A stretch of 64,000 bases of DNA from assembly GCA_965603825.1 (NCBI GenBank), contig CBFDEM010000020.1:620001-684000 (forward strand). The letters are read 5' to 3'. The translations under genes were made by a program, and so were the position numbers. Every line of letters starts with the position of its first letter. Within the stretch, counting starts at the first letter, position 1. The notes under the pieces were generated by a model. That model saw nothing but the letters and a program-made list of their open reading frames with translations, was not told the DNA's origin and made no database searches. Of this stretch, positions 48,229-60,534 are shown one piece after another. The stretch is from Blepharisma stoltei ATCC 30299. Its lineage: Eukaryota; Protista; Ciliophora.

Positions 48229-49749
48229 TTAATTAGATACATGCTCAAGAACAGCTAATTTTGCTCTAATTGAAGAAATCAGCATTTGATTTACATCTTC
48301 ACTTTTTTCTAGTGTTGATAAATTATTTGGGGTAGTTGAATTTAACAGCAATTCTTTTCTTCTTGCTTCTTTTTCTATTTTCTCTGCTTTTGCTTTAATT
48401 CTCTCTGCTTTTTGCTCATTTGTCAACTCTAAATTCAAATCTTCTTCTCAATCCACATTGTGCTTTCTGGCAGTTCCTGACTTGCTAGCAGCATCTTCTC
48501 TAGCTTTCCTTCTTTCTCCCAAATAATCAATTAAAACTGGCTCTTTTTTGTTTTTTTCTTCAGGAATTAATGGATTTTTAGGGTATTTCCTTGGCTTTCA
48601 CATTTTTTTGCCTTCTCCATCTGAATATGACTCCACAAATGATTTTTCTTGGCTTGACTTCAAAATTTCTTTTCTCACAGGATGCTTCAATTTTTCTACC
48701 CTCAATTCAAGCTCTTTTTGCTTGAATTTATCAATAGATGGAGTAAACATTTCTCTGACTAAGTCAGCATATTTTATTTTCCTGTCAACTAGTTTGAGTT
48801 TATCTTGGATAGATTTTTCTTTTTCGTCTATTGACTTTTCTAATTTATAATTTTTAGAAACTCCAAGCTGATTCATCTGGTGGTCAATACTTTTTTGAGT
48901 CATTTCTTTATCAGTCTGAGCGTTATGCTCTTTCCTTAGCTGTGAATACCATTTAGAATGCTCTGCAAGATCGTCTTTGCTTAGTGGCTGAAATAGCAGT
49001 CTCTTCTTTGCAAGCTCTGCTTTTCTTTTTTCAAGCTCTGGCATTTCTACATCTTGCAGGAATTTTTCTTGCATTTTTTGATATAGCGGCTTTTGCTTTT
49101 TTATTTCAGCCAATTCGATTTCTCTTCTTTTCATTTCTTCCAACTCTTGTTGGCGTCTCATTTTGTTTTCTTGCATTCTTTCTAGTTCTTGCTTATATTC
49201 TATTTCAAAAATTGCGTTTTTTCCTTCTTTTTCGAGTTGCTTTCTCTCTTTTTCTTCTTCTAACTGTCTATTAATTTCTTCTAAGTGTTCTTTTATTTTT
49301 TCTTTCCTTCTTCTTTGCTCAGCTTGGTATTCTTTCACTTTTCTAGTATTTTCTTCACTTTTCCTTTTTAAATCTTCATAATACTCTTGCCTTGCTTGTT
49401 TATTTTGTAAATTAGGCTTTTTGTATTCGAAATCTTCTAAGGAGTTAAGATGCTGCAAAGAGTTTTCAATATGATTTAACTTGTTTTCAAGTTCTTGCTT
49501 TTGTCTTTTTATTTCCCTCACCTTCGCTTTCCTCAACTCTGCATCAAAATCATTATTTTTCAGTTTTTCCTTCTGCTTTTCTATCATCGCTTGCAAGTTA
49601 CGCTTTTCCTCACTAATCGCAATCACTTTTTCTTTCAAACTTCTTGTTACTTTTCCCAAAATAGTTTCTAATACTTCATTTATTGCCTTAGGCAACTTAT
49701 TATCAGCTCCAATTTGACTACTTAGTTTTTTAAGATAGGCTTCCACCAT
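48229..49749 (-). CDS. Coiled-coil protein, paralog of 34889-36439
   Basis: KPLYQKMQEKF...MPELEKRK and terminal SIRAKLAVLE; joined via TGA. Confidence 0.8.
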
Positions 49750-49798
49750 TAATTATTAACAGCAAATTACATCAATCAAGGCTCATTCGTATAAAAAT

Positions 49799-50260
49799 AT
49801 GGATCGTAGAAGCCAGCGCACCTTCATTATGGTCAAGCCTGACGGCGTTCAAAGAAAACTTGTAGGAGAAATTATTAGCAGATTCGAGCAAAGAGGTTAC
49901 AAGCTTGTCGCTATGAAAACCCTGCACGCTTCTCCTGAACTCCTCAGACAGCACTATGCAGAACACGAAGGAAGAAGCTTTTTCGCATCTCTAATCGAAT
50001 ATATTGGCTCTGGCCCTGTTGTTCCGATGGTCTGGGAAGGTACTAACGTTATTGAAATTTCAAGAAAAATCATTGGAGCTACCAAACCAGCTGAAAGTGC
50101 CCCTGGGACTATTCGTGGAGACTTTGCTATCGAAGTAGGAAGAAATATTGTCCATGGAAGCGACAGCGAAGCTTCAGCCCAAAGAGAAATTGCCCTTTGG
50201 TTCAGAGAAGAAGAACTCGTCAGCTGGAATGACCATAGCAGTGCTTGGATTTATGAATAA
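49799..50260 (+). CDS. NDK: Nucleoside diphosphate kinase
   Basis: [21 protein letters not shown] and RNIVHGSDS motifs. Confidence 0.97.
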   Translation: MDRRSQRTFIMVKPDGVQRKLVGEIISRFEQRGYKLVAMKTLHASPELLRQHYAEHEGRSFFASLIEYIGSGPVVPMVWEGTNVIEISRKIIGATKPAESAPGTIRGDFAIEVGRNIVHGSDSEASAQREIALWFREEELVSWNDHSSAWIYE

Positions 50261-50296
50261 ATAATTGCTCAAAATAAGGGAAAATTAAATATAAAT

Positions 50297-50530
50297 ATGG
50301 AGCCAGGGGTTAAAGAAATTAGAATTCATGCTCAAATGTCATGTGAAGGATGCTCAAACTCAATCACAAGGATTCTTAATAAAGTGGAAGGGGTTAGAAG
50401 TGTACAATGCTCAGTGCCGAACCAGACTGTTGTTGTAGTAGCTGACCAAGCTGTGCAACCTAATTTGCTGATAGAAAAGCTCTCAACTTGGGCAAGTGCA
50501 TCAGGAAAGCAAATCAGCTTGATAGCTTAG
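50297..50530 (+). CDS. ATX1: ATX1/ATOX1-like copper chaperone (HMA domain)
   Basis: MSCEGC metal-binding motif; 77 aa. Confidence 0.85.
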   Translation: MEPGVKEIRIHAQMSCEGCSNSITRILNKVEGVRSVQCSVPNQTVVVVADQAVQPNLLIEKLSTWASASGKQISLIA

Positions 50531-50713
50531 ATCATTTAATTAATAGATGACTTTTTATAGTTGTTAGGATTGGTATCAAGTTTAATTTAATTTTATACTT
50601 GCTAACAAAAATGGATCGCCAATAGTCCTCATCTATTTCTCTTTCTTATCTCTAATGAGCCACATCCCTAAACACAATTTCTCTGAAATTTCATTATAAA
50701 TTAGAAAATAATT

Positions 50714-51328
50714 TTAAATTTTGACTGCTTCCATCTCCATAAGGTCCTTTCTCCTCATTTTTTTCCTCAATTTTTCTCTCTCCACAAAAGCTTCATTAAT
50801 ATCTTTCCATACCCCTTTTCTCACACACTCTTCAGCTATTTTTATCATCATGCTATCTGCAATTTTGTTTTGGTGTTCTTGCAATAAAGCTCCTTCAACG
50901 ACTGCATTTGTTTCTCTTGAAGGATGGGTTATATAGCCCATTGTCCTAAAAATGTCCAGCTTATAAGTTTCTTTGAATTCTGAAATTATGAAATCATTTG
51001 CTTTGTTTTCAATTTTTTCTTTTGGGTCCATAGACCACCTTCTAATGCCTTCTTGAGGAGGTTCTTCTGTGACAACTCCCCATACGTGAGGGCTTCTAAC
51101 GTCATAATTATAAGTTCGATATACTTGCGGTTTGCATAGAAACACTATTTTTCAATATGCCCAATTGAGAAACCTATAGAAGGGCTGGAAAATTACATCT
51201 CTGTAGATAGGAATTATAAGGCACCAAGCAATAAGAAGTCTGACTCGATATCTACGACAGCTGCGGATTCACCATATGAACTTTCTAGTTGAAAAGCCTC
51301 CTTGTGTAGGTCTGAAGGTATAAAACAT
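50714..51328 (-). CDS. Hypothetical single-pass membrane protein, possibly mitochondrial
   Basis: ATG 51328; basic acid-free N-terminus; one hydrophobic stretch; two TGA=Trp. Confidence 0.6.
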
Positions 51329-51590
51329 TATTTTTATTAAAAGCAGAAAATATAATTAGAAATATATCAATATTTCTAAAATTTTGTATCCTCTGAATAA
51401 AAAGAGATCAAATTATAATAAAATCAACTCTATTACTTTGATTTATACTTAAATTATTGCGTTTTTAAATAAAAAGCTTAGAAGTTTTCTATTGAAACAC
51501 TTTTATATATCACAAAGAAAGAATAAAGCACTTCTTCTCAATAAAAGCTTCTTCTTAAAGCACTAATAATTTTATTTAATAACTGTAAAT

Positions 51591-52652
51591 ATGAGTGACT
51601 ACGAGCCTGATTTCGATGAAAGTTCTAGCTCAAGAGCTTCCCCCAAGAAACGAGAAAACAAAGAAAAGTCCCCTAAAAAAGAAAAAATTGAAGCAAAGCC
51701 AGGCTCCCTGCCTTGAGAAGAAGAATCCATGACTTATTCAAGAGATGATGGAAGCAATCTTATTCGACTGCAACGAGAAAACGTTCAGTTAAGAAATAGA
51801 TTAAAAGATCTTAGTCAAAGGCTAAATGATATTATAGAAATCACACAAAGAAAGCGGTCAAAGAAGAGAGGAAGAAAGGTAGACACAAGCAAAGAAGAAC
51901 TTGAAACTGCAACGAAGAAGCTTCAGCTCTATGAGTAAACTCTATGTAGGAAACAATGAAAAAAACTGTCAGATAGGACAGAATCGTTGAAGGATCCAGA
52001 ATACGAGAGAATTCTGAAAGCAGATATTGAGAATGATGAAGCAGTTTTGCAAAAATTAGAAAATAATGTCAAAAAAGGTGAAGCAAGCCAAAAGAAAAGA
52101 GGCAAGGCTTTAGGAGGCGTTTTAAGTACTGGAGAAACTGAAGACATGTATAAGCTCTACAATGAGCTCATAACTGAAAGCACAATTTATTCGAAAAAAT
52201 TAAAAAAAATCGAAGACAGAGATCAACAAATAGAAAGCAGTTATAATGAAATTGCACAAAAATTAAATAAATTGGAAAGTTATTATGATCAACTTAAAGA
52301 CTTAGAAGTCCCAGAACAAGATGAGTCTGAAAAGAAAGTCAAAGATAAAATATCTCAACTGGAAAGAGAGCATGATATAAAAGTTAAAGATTTTAATAGT
52401 AAAATAAGGAAACTCAATGGAAGGATAAAGGAACTTGAAGGAGAAATTGGAGAAGTTGACAAAGAGGAAAGTGAGCTGTACTTGGAAATAGAAAGAAGGA
52501 ATTATCAGATCAAAGAAGCCCAAAATAATATGTCGAAAATGAGAGGAAGCATGGAGTTCATGGGAGAGAAAAAAGGCACAAAAACACCATCATCGAATTT
52601 GTTTGAAACTGAGCTTCCTGAGGATATGATTGACAAAAAAATTTATAGGTAA
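51591..52652 (+). CDS. Coiled-coil protein (1 intron)
   Basis: ATG 51591; TGA=Trp; intron 51935-51949. Confidence 0.75.
51935..51949 (+). other. 15-nt intron
   Basis: GTAAACTCTATGTAG. Confidence 0.85.
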
Positions 52653-52951
52653 AGTGAGGATAATAAATAGAAGATTGTAACCAAGATTTTTAAAATTAGA
52701 CTGCAAATTTTATTTCTATTTATACTAAATCTCTTAAATTCTCTAATATCAATAAAATTAAGACTTTAAGAAAATAATTTAAATAAATATCAATTCAAAT
52801 CTTGCATTGCTTGAGAGGTTCTTGGCTGTCACTGATTAAATTTGTTAAATATTTTTAGAACAGAAAAATCCTTAAAATTTTCCTTTTATTAAAAATTTGA
52901 AAATAAATGTGGCTGATGCTATCAACCATAATTTAAAAATAATATACTGTT

Positions 52952-53203
52952 ATGGGGTGTGTATCAAGTCAGCAAAAAACTGCAAAATCAAGCATCAGGC
53001 TCAATCGAAAATTTATTGAACTCAAATCCTTAGACTCAAAAAAATTATATTTCATTAAAACTCCAGAGTTAGAAAAAAATAAAGACGAAGGTACTCAAAT
53101 CGGCATTGATCTTGAAGCAACATTCATGAACAAAGTCATAATTAATAAAGAGCATCACAATTCAATGCACTCTCAAAAATTCCAGATAATTGGCACTATA
53201 TAA
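52952..53203 (+). CDS. Small protein with MGCxSS acylation motif
   Basis: 83-aa ORF in AT-rich context. Confidence 0.5.
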   Translation: MGCVSSQQKTAKSSIRLNRKFIELKSLDSKKLYFIKTPELEKNKDEGTQIGIDLEATFMNKVIINKEHHNSMHSQKFQIIGTI

Positions 53204-53284
53204 TTATAATAATTTAAATTTAAAAAATAATTAGTGTGATTTTTTGAATTATGTTTAAGAAAACTACGATTTAAGTGAATTGAA

Positions 53285-54238
53285 CTACCAGTCTAAGAAT
53301 GGGTCATCTGAAGCTCTTACAATAGGTGATAAATTTGGAGAGTCTGGATAACGTGAAAAATTTGAAGTATCATCAGGTGATCTCACTGTTGGTCTATATG
53401 GCATATCTATTCCTTTTGCCAATAGTCTTAGTCAGTCCAATCCTGAAAACCATCTATGATTTTTGATATCATTGACTCCGTTTTTTAAGTTTCCATATCT
53501 CTTTGATAAATCAGCTACAAGTAGATGCTTCACTAAGCTTTTTGCATTTTTGTCAAAATTTCTGGGAAATTTTACTTTGCCTTTCAAAATTTTTTGGTAA
53601 ATGGCCATCGGCTCTTCGTCAGTGAATGGGTCTATTCCAGCAAGCATTTCATAAATAATAATTCCCAAAGTCCACCAATCCACTGGTTTACCATGCCCTT
53701 TATTTAATAGAATTTCTGGAGCCAAATACTCAGGCGTCCCACACAGTGTATAAGTTCTTCCTTCAACTACCTTCGCAAATCCAAAATCTGTCAACTTTAA
53801 ATATCCATCATGCCCAATAAGTAAATTTTCTGGCTTTAAATCTCTATAAATAATATTTTGTGCATGCATATACTCAAACATCGTTGTTATTTGAGCTGCA
53901 TACAGCCTTGCGTGGTTATTATCCAATTTTCCAATAGTCCTCAAATAACTAAACAGTTCTCCTCCTGCAACAAACTCTAGAGCAAGGTATAAATATCTAT
54001 CATCTTGGGTAAAGCCAATTAAATTCACCAGAAAAGGATGCCTTATAGTCCTCAGTATTGAAAACTCAGAAATTACGTGGTCTACTTGTTTCATCTTGAG
54101 AATATCAGATTTTTTGAGGATTTTCAATGCAGCGTAGTCGCCTGTGGACCTAACTCTGCATAAACGAACTCTTCCAAAGGAGCCTGTGCCTAGAGTTTGA
54201 AGAACTTCTATATTTGATAGCTCCAACCGTCTATCCAT
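53285..54238 (-). CDS. PKA-C: cAMP-dependent protein kinase catalytic subunit
   Basis: GTGSFGRV, YRDLKPEN, RTYTLCGTPEYLAPE; reading through TGA at 53434-53432 gives the AGC tail DTSNF...DPFLDW. Confidence 0.96.
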
Positions 54239-54348
54239 TTATTATATATGAGAATTTGAGAATATTATTAAAATTTTCAAAACATCAAAGTCTTGGCGCA
54301 AATGAGAACTAAAAGGATTTCAAATGTATGGAAAAAGAGATTAATTAA

Positions 54349-55608
54349 TTATTCAAATAAATCGAATTCAGGTTCTGCATTCTGTGGAGTGGATGACTCA
54401 AATGAAGGCTCAGGTATCCCATCTAAAGTATTACAAGTAGTTCCAAAAGGCCCTTCCTTTTGGAAATGACTAAAATGTTGGGCTTCTACTAAAGATTTTC
54501 CACATAGGTTGCAGAGTGCTTTTTCACCTCTGCAAACTGGAGAAGTACAAGTAATAAAATTACAGCCATCTTCTCTTTCAACAGCGCTCCCACAATTTGG
54601 GCATCTTTTCCAATTTCTGCTCAAAAGCATATCATTTAAATTTTCTTCAGGGTTTACCTTTTCGTATTCCTCACAAGTGAGCCCTGGATGGCTGCCTCTT
54701 TTACAAGGAATACATACACCTGCCTTGCATTCAGAGCAAGCTGTTACTAAATCTTCGGGGAAAATATATCCAAATCCTTTACAGTCTGGGACAGGACAAT
54801 GAATGGCTTTTCCTTCTGCTACAAGTTTTTGTGCCTTTAAACTGACTCTTAAATCTTTGATTTTCTGCTGCTGGTCAGCTGTGATGTGTTTATTTACTAT
54901 TGTGTCAGGGATCATTGCTTTACACTCTGGGCAGGCAATTTCCTCCGCAAAAACTTTGCCTGTGTCAAGATAATTAACTAGTACAAGATTTATACATGCA
55001 AGACAGAAAATGTCAGAACAGTCTAGCTTTATGAAATCTGACTGCTTTGACATACAAATAGGACATTTTACAACTGGCTGATCAATTTCTGCATTGTAAT
55101 ATGCAAATTCACGGCAAATTTCCAGTATTTCTCTTTTCTTTTGTTGCAGTTTTATCTGTTCCGGATTATAAGCAACGTCTTCTAGTACGTCTAAATCTGC
55201 AAAAAAGTAAGCAAGACATTCTTCTTCATCTTCGACAGCGGGTTTCTGTATTGGAGCTGGAGCAGGAGCTTTAATTTCAACATCATCATCAAACAGTCCC
55301 ATCCCGAAAAGACCATCTATTTCATTTTTTTGTTCTTCCTTAGCTGCTTCTTCGCGATCATTAATGATCTTTTGGTCTTCTGCAAAGAAATCATACGTTT
55401 GGATGTCGTGATCTTTTAATGGAAGCTCATCTTCTATTAGCTCTTTAAATCCTAGAGTGCGGGAAGCATCAATCAAAATCTTATCTAAGCTTGTTCCTCT
55501 TGAAAGAGAGGGTGGAGGATCAATGATTTCGTCTTCTAATATGTGAGAATTAAATATTTTCTTAAGTGGAGCATGCAGGGATCTTAGTAAACGGGCTAAA
55601 TATTCCAT
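54349..55608 (-). CDS. RBR-type E3 ubiquitin ligase
   Basis: RING1 (CPIC...CPEC), IBR (CPVPDC...HPGLTC) and RING2 (KRCPNC...DGCNFITC). Confidence 0.9.
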   Translation of the reverse strand: MEYLARLLRSLHAPLKKIFNSHILEDEIIDPPPSLSRGTSLDKILIDASRTLGFKELIEDELPLKDHDIQTYDFFAEDQKIINDREEAAKEEQKNEIDGLFGMGLFDDDVEIKAPAPAPIQKPAVEDEEECLAYFFADLDVLEDVAYNPEQIKLQQKKREILEICREFAYYNAEIDQPVVKCPICMSKQSDFIKLDCSDIFCLACINLVLVNYLDTGKVFAEEIACPECKAMIPDTIVNKHITADQQQKIKDLRVSLKAQKLVAEGKAIHCPVPDCKGFGYIFPEDLVTACSECKAGVCIPCKRGSHPGLTCEEYEKVNPEENLNDMLLSRNWKRCPNCGSAVEREDGCNFITCTSPVCRGEKALCNLCGKSLVEAQHFSHFQKEGPFGTTCNTLDGIPEPSFESSTPQNAEPEFDLFE

Positions 55609-56113
55609 ATTTGCTTTATAAGAACAGGTCAGATTTCAAGCATATTTGTTTGAGTAATTAAATAATTAAATCATTTTTTGTATAACTTTTTAATGCGACA
55701 TTATTTTAAGATATTTATATTATGAATAAATATTTGAGCATTTTGCAAATTTTTATTAATTCTCAAAGTCTCTAATATTTATCCTGTGTTAAGTTTTCAC
55801 ATCTTCAATTAAAAAAAACTGAAAAATGTCAGTTTCCTCTGCATCTTGCAAAATTTTTGATTGCACCATATTTCTGATCTGATGAAATGTATTAATAATA
55901 TACTTAATTAAAATAAACATAATTTTATTTTAATTATTAATTCATTTAAAATTTTCTTTCAAATAAGCGTACATTCTTCATTTAAAAAAATTAAAAACCA
56001 CCAAAAAATTAACTTATAAAAAATTTAATTCACTGCTCATTTAGGCTATTAACAAATTTTTCATCACTAAATAACATTCGATTTGAAATTGCTTCAATTT
56101 ATTCATTTCTTAA

Positions 56114-57493
56114 ATGTCGGAGAGAAAATTTCGCAGCTTGACTCCTCGCGTCCAAAAAATTACCGATACAAGCTACATCAGTGAGCCTCTTCAACAAATT
56201 GATGAAGAAAGCAATGAGGTCAGCAACCAGCTGCGTCTTATACGTAGCAGATATGATAAGCTTAAAGATCTCAATCGAATCAAACGACTAAAAGTAGAAA
56301 AACTAAAAAAAGAAATTGCTCAAGCCAAAAAAATCGGAAATTCTATGCAAGGTGACAAGTACAATTTAGAAGCCAAAATCATAAAACTCGAAAACTCAAT
56401 TGAAATGGCCAAGGCAAAACGAATTGAAGAAGAAGTTTATGCGAGAAGTTATATGCATATTCTCAATAGAATGAGAGAAGAAAAACTTATTCTCGATAAA
56501 CAAGCACGCGTCAGACAAGATGAACTCAGCACTAAGAAACAAGTTTTGACTTTAGAAGAACAAAAAACTCGGCAGGCCTATGAAAGTCAATTAAAATCAC
56601 GAATTGAGCTAAAAGAACTGAAACATCAAATGGACACTGAGAAAAGGCAGCAGGAGGAGTCTTTAAAAGTCATAGAAAAGAAAGCTCTGGAAAGAGAAAA
56701 AGCTTTATCTAGGCTTGAAGAAAGAACAAGAAGGAGGGAAGAATTAGCAGAAACTGCAAGAAATGAGGCATCAAGCCAAGAAACTTTTGATTTGAGGCAA
56801 AGTTTGCAGCTTCATAGGTTTTGGTATCTGATGATAAATAAAAGGATAAGTTATGAGCTAGAAAGAGGAAGTGACATAGAAAAAGCTTTCCAAAAAATTC
56901 GGGTCGCCACTGGGCTTCATGATATTGAAGAAATTGTTAGAAGATTTTTAACAAGAGAACAAAGTTACACAGAATTCATTGACGTTGTAAAAGAAACTGA
57001 AAAAAAGCTTGAAGAAGTTAGAGACAAGACAGATGCTGCCAGATCCCAGCTACAAGATATACAGTTTGATAGAGAAGGTGATGGAAAACTACAAAAAAAG
57101 ATCAGAGAAATTGAAGAAGCTTACAATGAAGAATATAAAACTTATTTAATTGCCTGTGAGAAATGCAAAAAATATCAGCTGGTTACTGATAAAGTTAAAG
57201 ACTGGGTAGTCAAACACTTGAAGATTTTGAACAATGAAGACGAAATAGGAGAGCTAACTGAGCTTTTTCAGAAGCTGAATGATTCTGTAATTTTATTACT
57301 TGATAAAGTAGCAGATAAGCATGATAAGCTGATTGAAAATGTGGAGACTTATCGCAAGAAGAAAACACAAGACATCATGCGAGAGCTAAACTCGTCACCT
57401 TTGTCATTAAAAAATAAGAGATTCACTCCTATACTTCAAGAATCAAACTCAGAAGAAGATATTAAGCTATTAGGAACTGGAGTGCCCTCTTAA
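56114..57493 (+). CDS. Outer dynein arm docking complex-like coiled-coil protein
   Basis: Long coiled coil with EKAFQKIRVATGLHDIEEIVRRF motif. Confidence 0.65.
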   Translation: MSERKFRSLTPRVQKITDTSYISEPLQQIDEESNEVSNQLRLIRSRYDKLKDLNRIKRLKVEKLKKEIAQAKKIGNSMQGDKYNLEAKIIKLENSIEMAKAKRIEEEVYARSYMHILNRMREEKLILDKQARVRQDELSTKKQVLTLEEQKTRQAYESQLKSRIELKELKHQMDTEKRQQEESLKVIEKKALEREKALSRLEERTRRREELAETARNEASSQETFDLRQSLQLHRFWYLMINKRISYELERGSDIEKAFQKIRVATGLHDIEEIVRRFLTREQSYTEFIDVVKETEKKLEEVRDKTDAARSQLQDIQFDREGDGKLQKKIREIEEAYNEEYKTYLIACEKCKKYQLVTDKVKDWVVKHLKILNNEDEIGELTELFQKLNDSVILLLDKVADKHDKLIENVETYRKKKTQDIMRELNSSPLSLKNKRFTPILQESNSEEDIKLLGTGVPS

Positions 57494-57512
57494 GATTAAA
57501 TTGCTTTATTAT

Positions 57513-57905
57513 CTAAAACACAATGTTATTTTCGTCTATATCATCTGCTTGCTCTGGGTAGCATTCTGGAGGCCCTTTTCGCCATCGCAGTTCTAGATCT
57601 TTGATCTTACATGAGAATTCTTGCTTGTTTAGCTTTTTGTTTATAATGTTATGGACTTTGCAGAGCCAAAGTTGGAGGCTTTCTCTTGATTCGGTTTCTG
57701 GAGGGGTTGAGGACATTAATTCTTGGAAATCTTTTGCACAGGAATAGCTGGGATAAATATAAGGAAAAGTCTCGAAAAAATCTTTGTAGGATTGCTTGGT
57801 TTTTTCTGTTGGGGTTAGAGGGAAATGGGCAGCAATGCTGTGAAGTAGCACCCAAGTTTTGTGCCCAAGAGAGTCTTTGCTTTCAGGACACTTCTTGTCG
57901 TCCAT
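57513..57905 (-). CDS. Erv1/ALR-family sulfhydryl oxidase-like protein with SxxC active site
   Basis: LGHKTWVLLH, YPSYSCAKDF, WLCKVHNIINKKLNK and LRW motifs. Confidence 0.88.
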   Translation of the reverse strand: MDDKKCPESKDSLGHKTWVLLHSIAAHFPLTPTEKTKQSYKDFFETFPYIYPSYSCAKDFQELMSSTPPETESRESLQLWLCKVHNIINKKLNKQEFSCKIKDLELRWRKGPPECYPEQADDIDENNIVF

Positions 57906-58199
57906 ATTGCTTTTAAAAAGTATGTAAATTTAGCTATCTGTACCTTTCATGCAATTGACGGCAAATGCTAAATTTAATTTCCTGAAATGATTGAGTATGA
58001 TGCTGATTTCATTTTTAATTATATAATTATTATATTTATACTATTACTTCCCCTATTATTTCCTCATTTCTAAAATCATTCTAAACCTCATATTTTCTCA
58101 ATAAAACCAGTGTAAATTTTACTTTTTTCCCGAATTTTAATTCTTCTCTTCACATTTCAACTGAAATTTACAGTGTTGACACATCACTCTATAATAAAA

Positions 58200-58859
58200 A
58201 TGGATATCGATTATGAGTCTGAAGGCCAAGAAACTTCTTGTTCTAGTTATATGTACCAAGCAAAAGAAGAAAATATTTTTAGTTTCCAAAGTAAAGCATT
58301 CAAAAATATAAACCCAGTGACTGAAATGGGGATTGGATATCGTCAATACACGTTTCTCTTAAAAATCTCCAAAAGAGGATTGCACGCCACTTCATATCAA
58401 CTTCATGACTTTTTTAAAGCCATGTGCGAAATATGTGACCTATTGAAGCTTTCTGATATAGAAATCGTGCTCTGAGCTATATATTTAGAGCGCTTTGGCT
58501 GGCAGGAATTTTTGCAAAATTCAGAGGATTCACTGCTGTTTGCAGCATATGCAGCTAAGTGTATGCTGAATGAAAACACTATAGAGTTTTTAGAAAGGCT
58601 CCAACAACGATCGGAATCCTTTTCTAAGGAGTATAAAGAATGAATAGGTGCCCATCAGAACAATATAAATATAGATTTTCTAGAAATGAATTCGGTTTTC
58701 AATGAACTGAATTATTTAGAAATCGAAATCCAAGAAGAAGAGAAAGTTGATTATAACGACGTAGTAGATGATCTGATCGATAATACACTAGAATCACAGA
58801 GAAAGAGATTAGGGTCAGAAGACAGCTACACCGAGAAGAAGAGAAAAAATAAGCTGTAG
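58200..58859 (+). CDS. Hypothetical helical (possibly cyclin-fold) protein
   Basis: ATG 58200; two TGA=Trp; TAG at 58857-58859; basic C-terminal NLS-like KKRK. Confidence 0.6.
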
Positions 58860-59185
58860 GAAGATGTAGAATAGCTATAAATAAGTCAATTATTAAATTA
58901 TTCGCCATATACAAATTATTATGAGTTACAATTTTTTCTTAAAGCTTTCTCATGAATATCGAAGTCTATTCTATTTGCAATGAGATTTCGAAATTAATTT
59001 TTATTCTCAAAGATTCAAGTAAAGCTTGTTGCTAAAGATATTTATTTTAATAGAAGTTTTGCTGTAATTTTGGTGTAAAAATATTGTAACGCATATTCTT
59101 AATTAAATATTAAATTTAATTTGCAAAAAAATTTCCATATAAATTTAAGTGTCTTAATTAAATTTTAAAATTATTTAAATTCAAT

Positions 59186-59506
59186 ATGTGCTGCCGTAGA
59201 AAAACTGGAGAATTTGTACCTGAAAGAGTCCCAGAACTAGAAGAGCCAAATAATTTCTTAGACCTTCTTGAAAGCTTAAAAGTAGAGTTTAAAGGAACAA
59301 AAGAACTTGAAATTTTAAGAGATCAGTTAGTAGCAAGGGAAGAATGGAAAAATCCGAATGCCAAAAATTATTTAGCACTTAGAACTGAGGCACAAAATTT
59401 AACAGCGATTATGATAAGGCAAATTAAGGTTATGGCAAGAGGATTAAGAACTTTGGTGCTTATTAATGAAAAACTTGAAGATGGAGTGAGGAACTCTGCT
59501 GAGTAA
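59186..59506 (+). CDS. Small hypothetical protein (MCCRRK N-terminus)
   Basis: 106-aa ORF. Confidence 0.6.
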   Translation: MCCRRKTGEFVPERVPELEEPNNFLDLLESLKVEFKGTKELEILRDQLVAREEWKNPNAKNYLALRTEAQNLTAIMIRQIKVMARGLRTLVLINEKLEDGVRNSAE

Positions 59507-59751
59507 AATAATAAAATTTTACATGAAATTAAGTTTTACTGATACCTTAAGTTAATTTTGTGAAAAGACTAGGAGGTTTATATGATATGCAATCTGATTC
59601 TATCAATTTTAATAAATATTAATAGTAAATATATATAGATTACAAGTAAAATTAGCATTAATTGCTTATAAAATCATATTTTTATAATATATTTAAATAT
59701 AAACAACTTACTCAAATAAAATTTAAATTTTCTTTCATCATATTTATAAAA

Positions 59752-60534
59752 ATGGGTTGTGGAGGTAGCAGCAGTCAGCCTTTTCCAACAATCAACACTC
59801 ATATGGAAACTCTCGAAATCCCTATCTACGATGAATTCTATCAGCGTGCTGCCAAAAATTTAATGAGACTTGACAGAGCTTCTCAACAATTAAATGGCCT
59901 GCTCGACCAATTTCAAGCTTGTACCGGACTTCATGGTCCTCCAGAAAGATCAATAGGACATGGCTTAATAGCATGGCTTGTAGGAGTTGCTGCATCTTGT
60001 GATGGCGATTTCAAAAAAGTTAATATAAGGTTTATAGATAACCTCCCTGGCATATTAATAGACTCAAAAAGCCTTCCAGGGATGCTTGATACTGCTTATG
60101 ATAAATGAATGGGATTATGCATGATGATTGATAAAGCGATAGAAGAGCTGGAGGAAATCCATAAAGAAATGCTTGAAAATATAGATTGGGCTAATGTTAT
60201 TCCAGATAAACTGCTAAAGCAAGCTCTTGATGATAATACGCCTATAATAGAATTTAGAAGACTTGAAGGGTTGGCATTGGCCAATGCAAATAATCTTGAA
60301 GAAGGAGGAATTTTACTAGACAGATTGCTAAAATCTGTTAAATCGTCGGTGCTGGAATCGACAGATGTAATTGTGGAATTTTCAAAAGCAGTAAACTTAG
60401 TTAAAATCAAAAATTTAGGACAAACTGCAAAAAATCAAAATAAAAGTGACCCTAGAGAAATTATGGAAACCTTTACCACTGAAATTGAAATACTATTATC
60501 AGAAACAGTAATACCTCCTCAGAGTTCTAAGTAA
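59752..60534 (+). CDS. Helical protein with MGCGGS acylation motif
   Basis: Two fragments joined by TGA at 60106-60108. Confidence 0.7.

Noticed and set aside
48548-49717. Phe/Ser/Leu-rich plus-strand ORFs here and opposite other genes (e.g. 11575-12464, 15854-16246)
   Set aside because: They are antisense shadows of Lys/Glu-rich coiled-coil genes.
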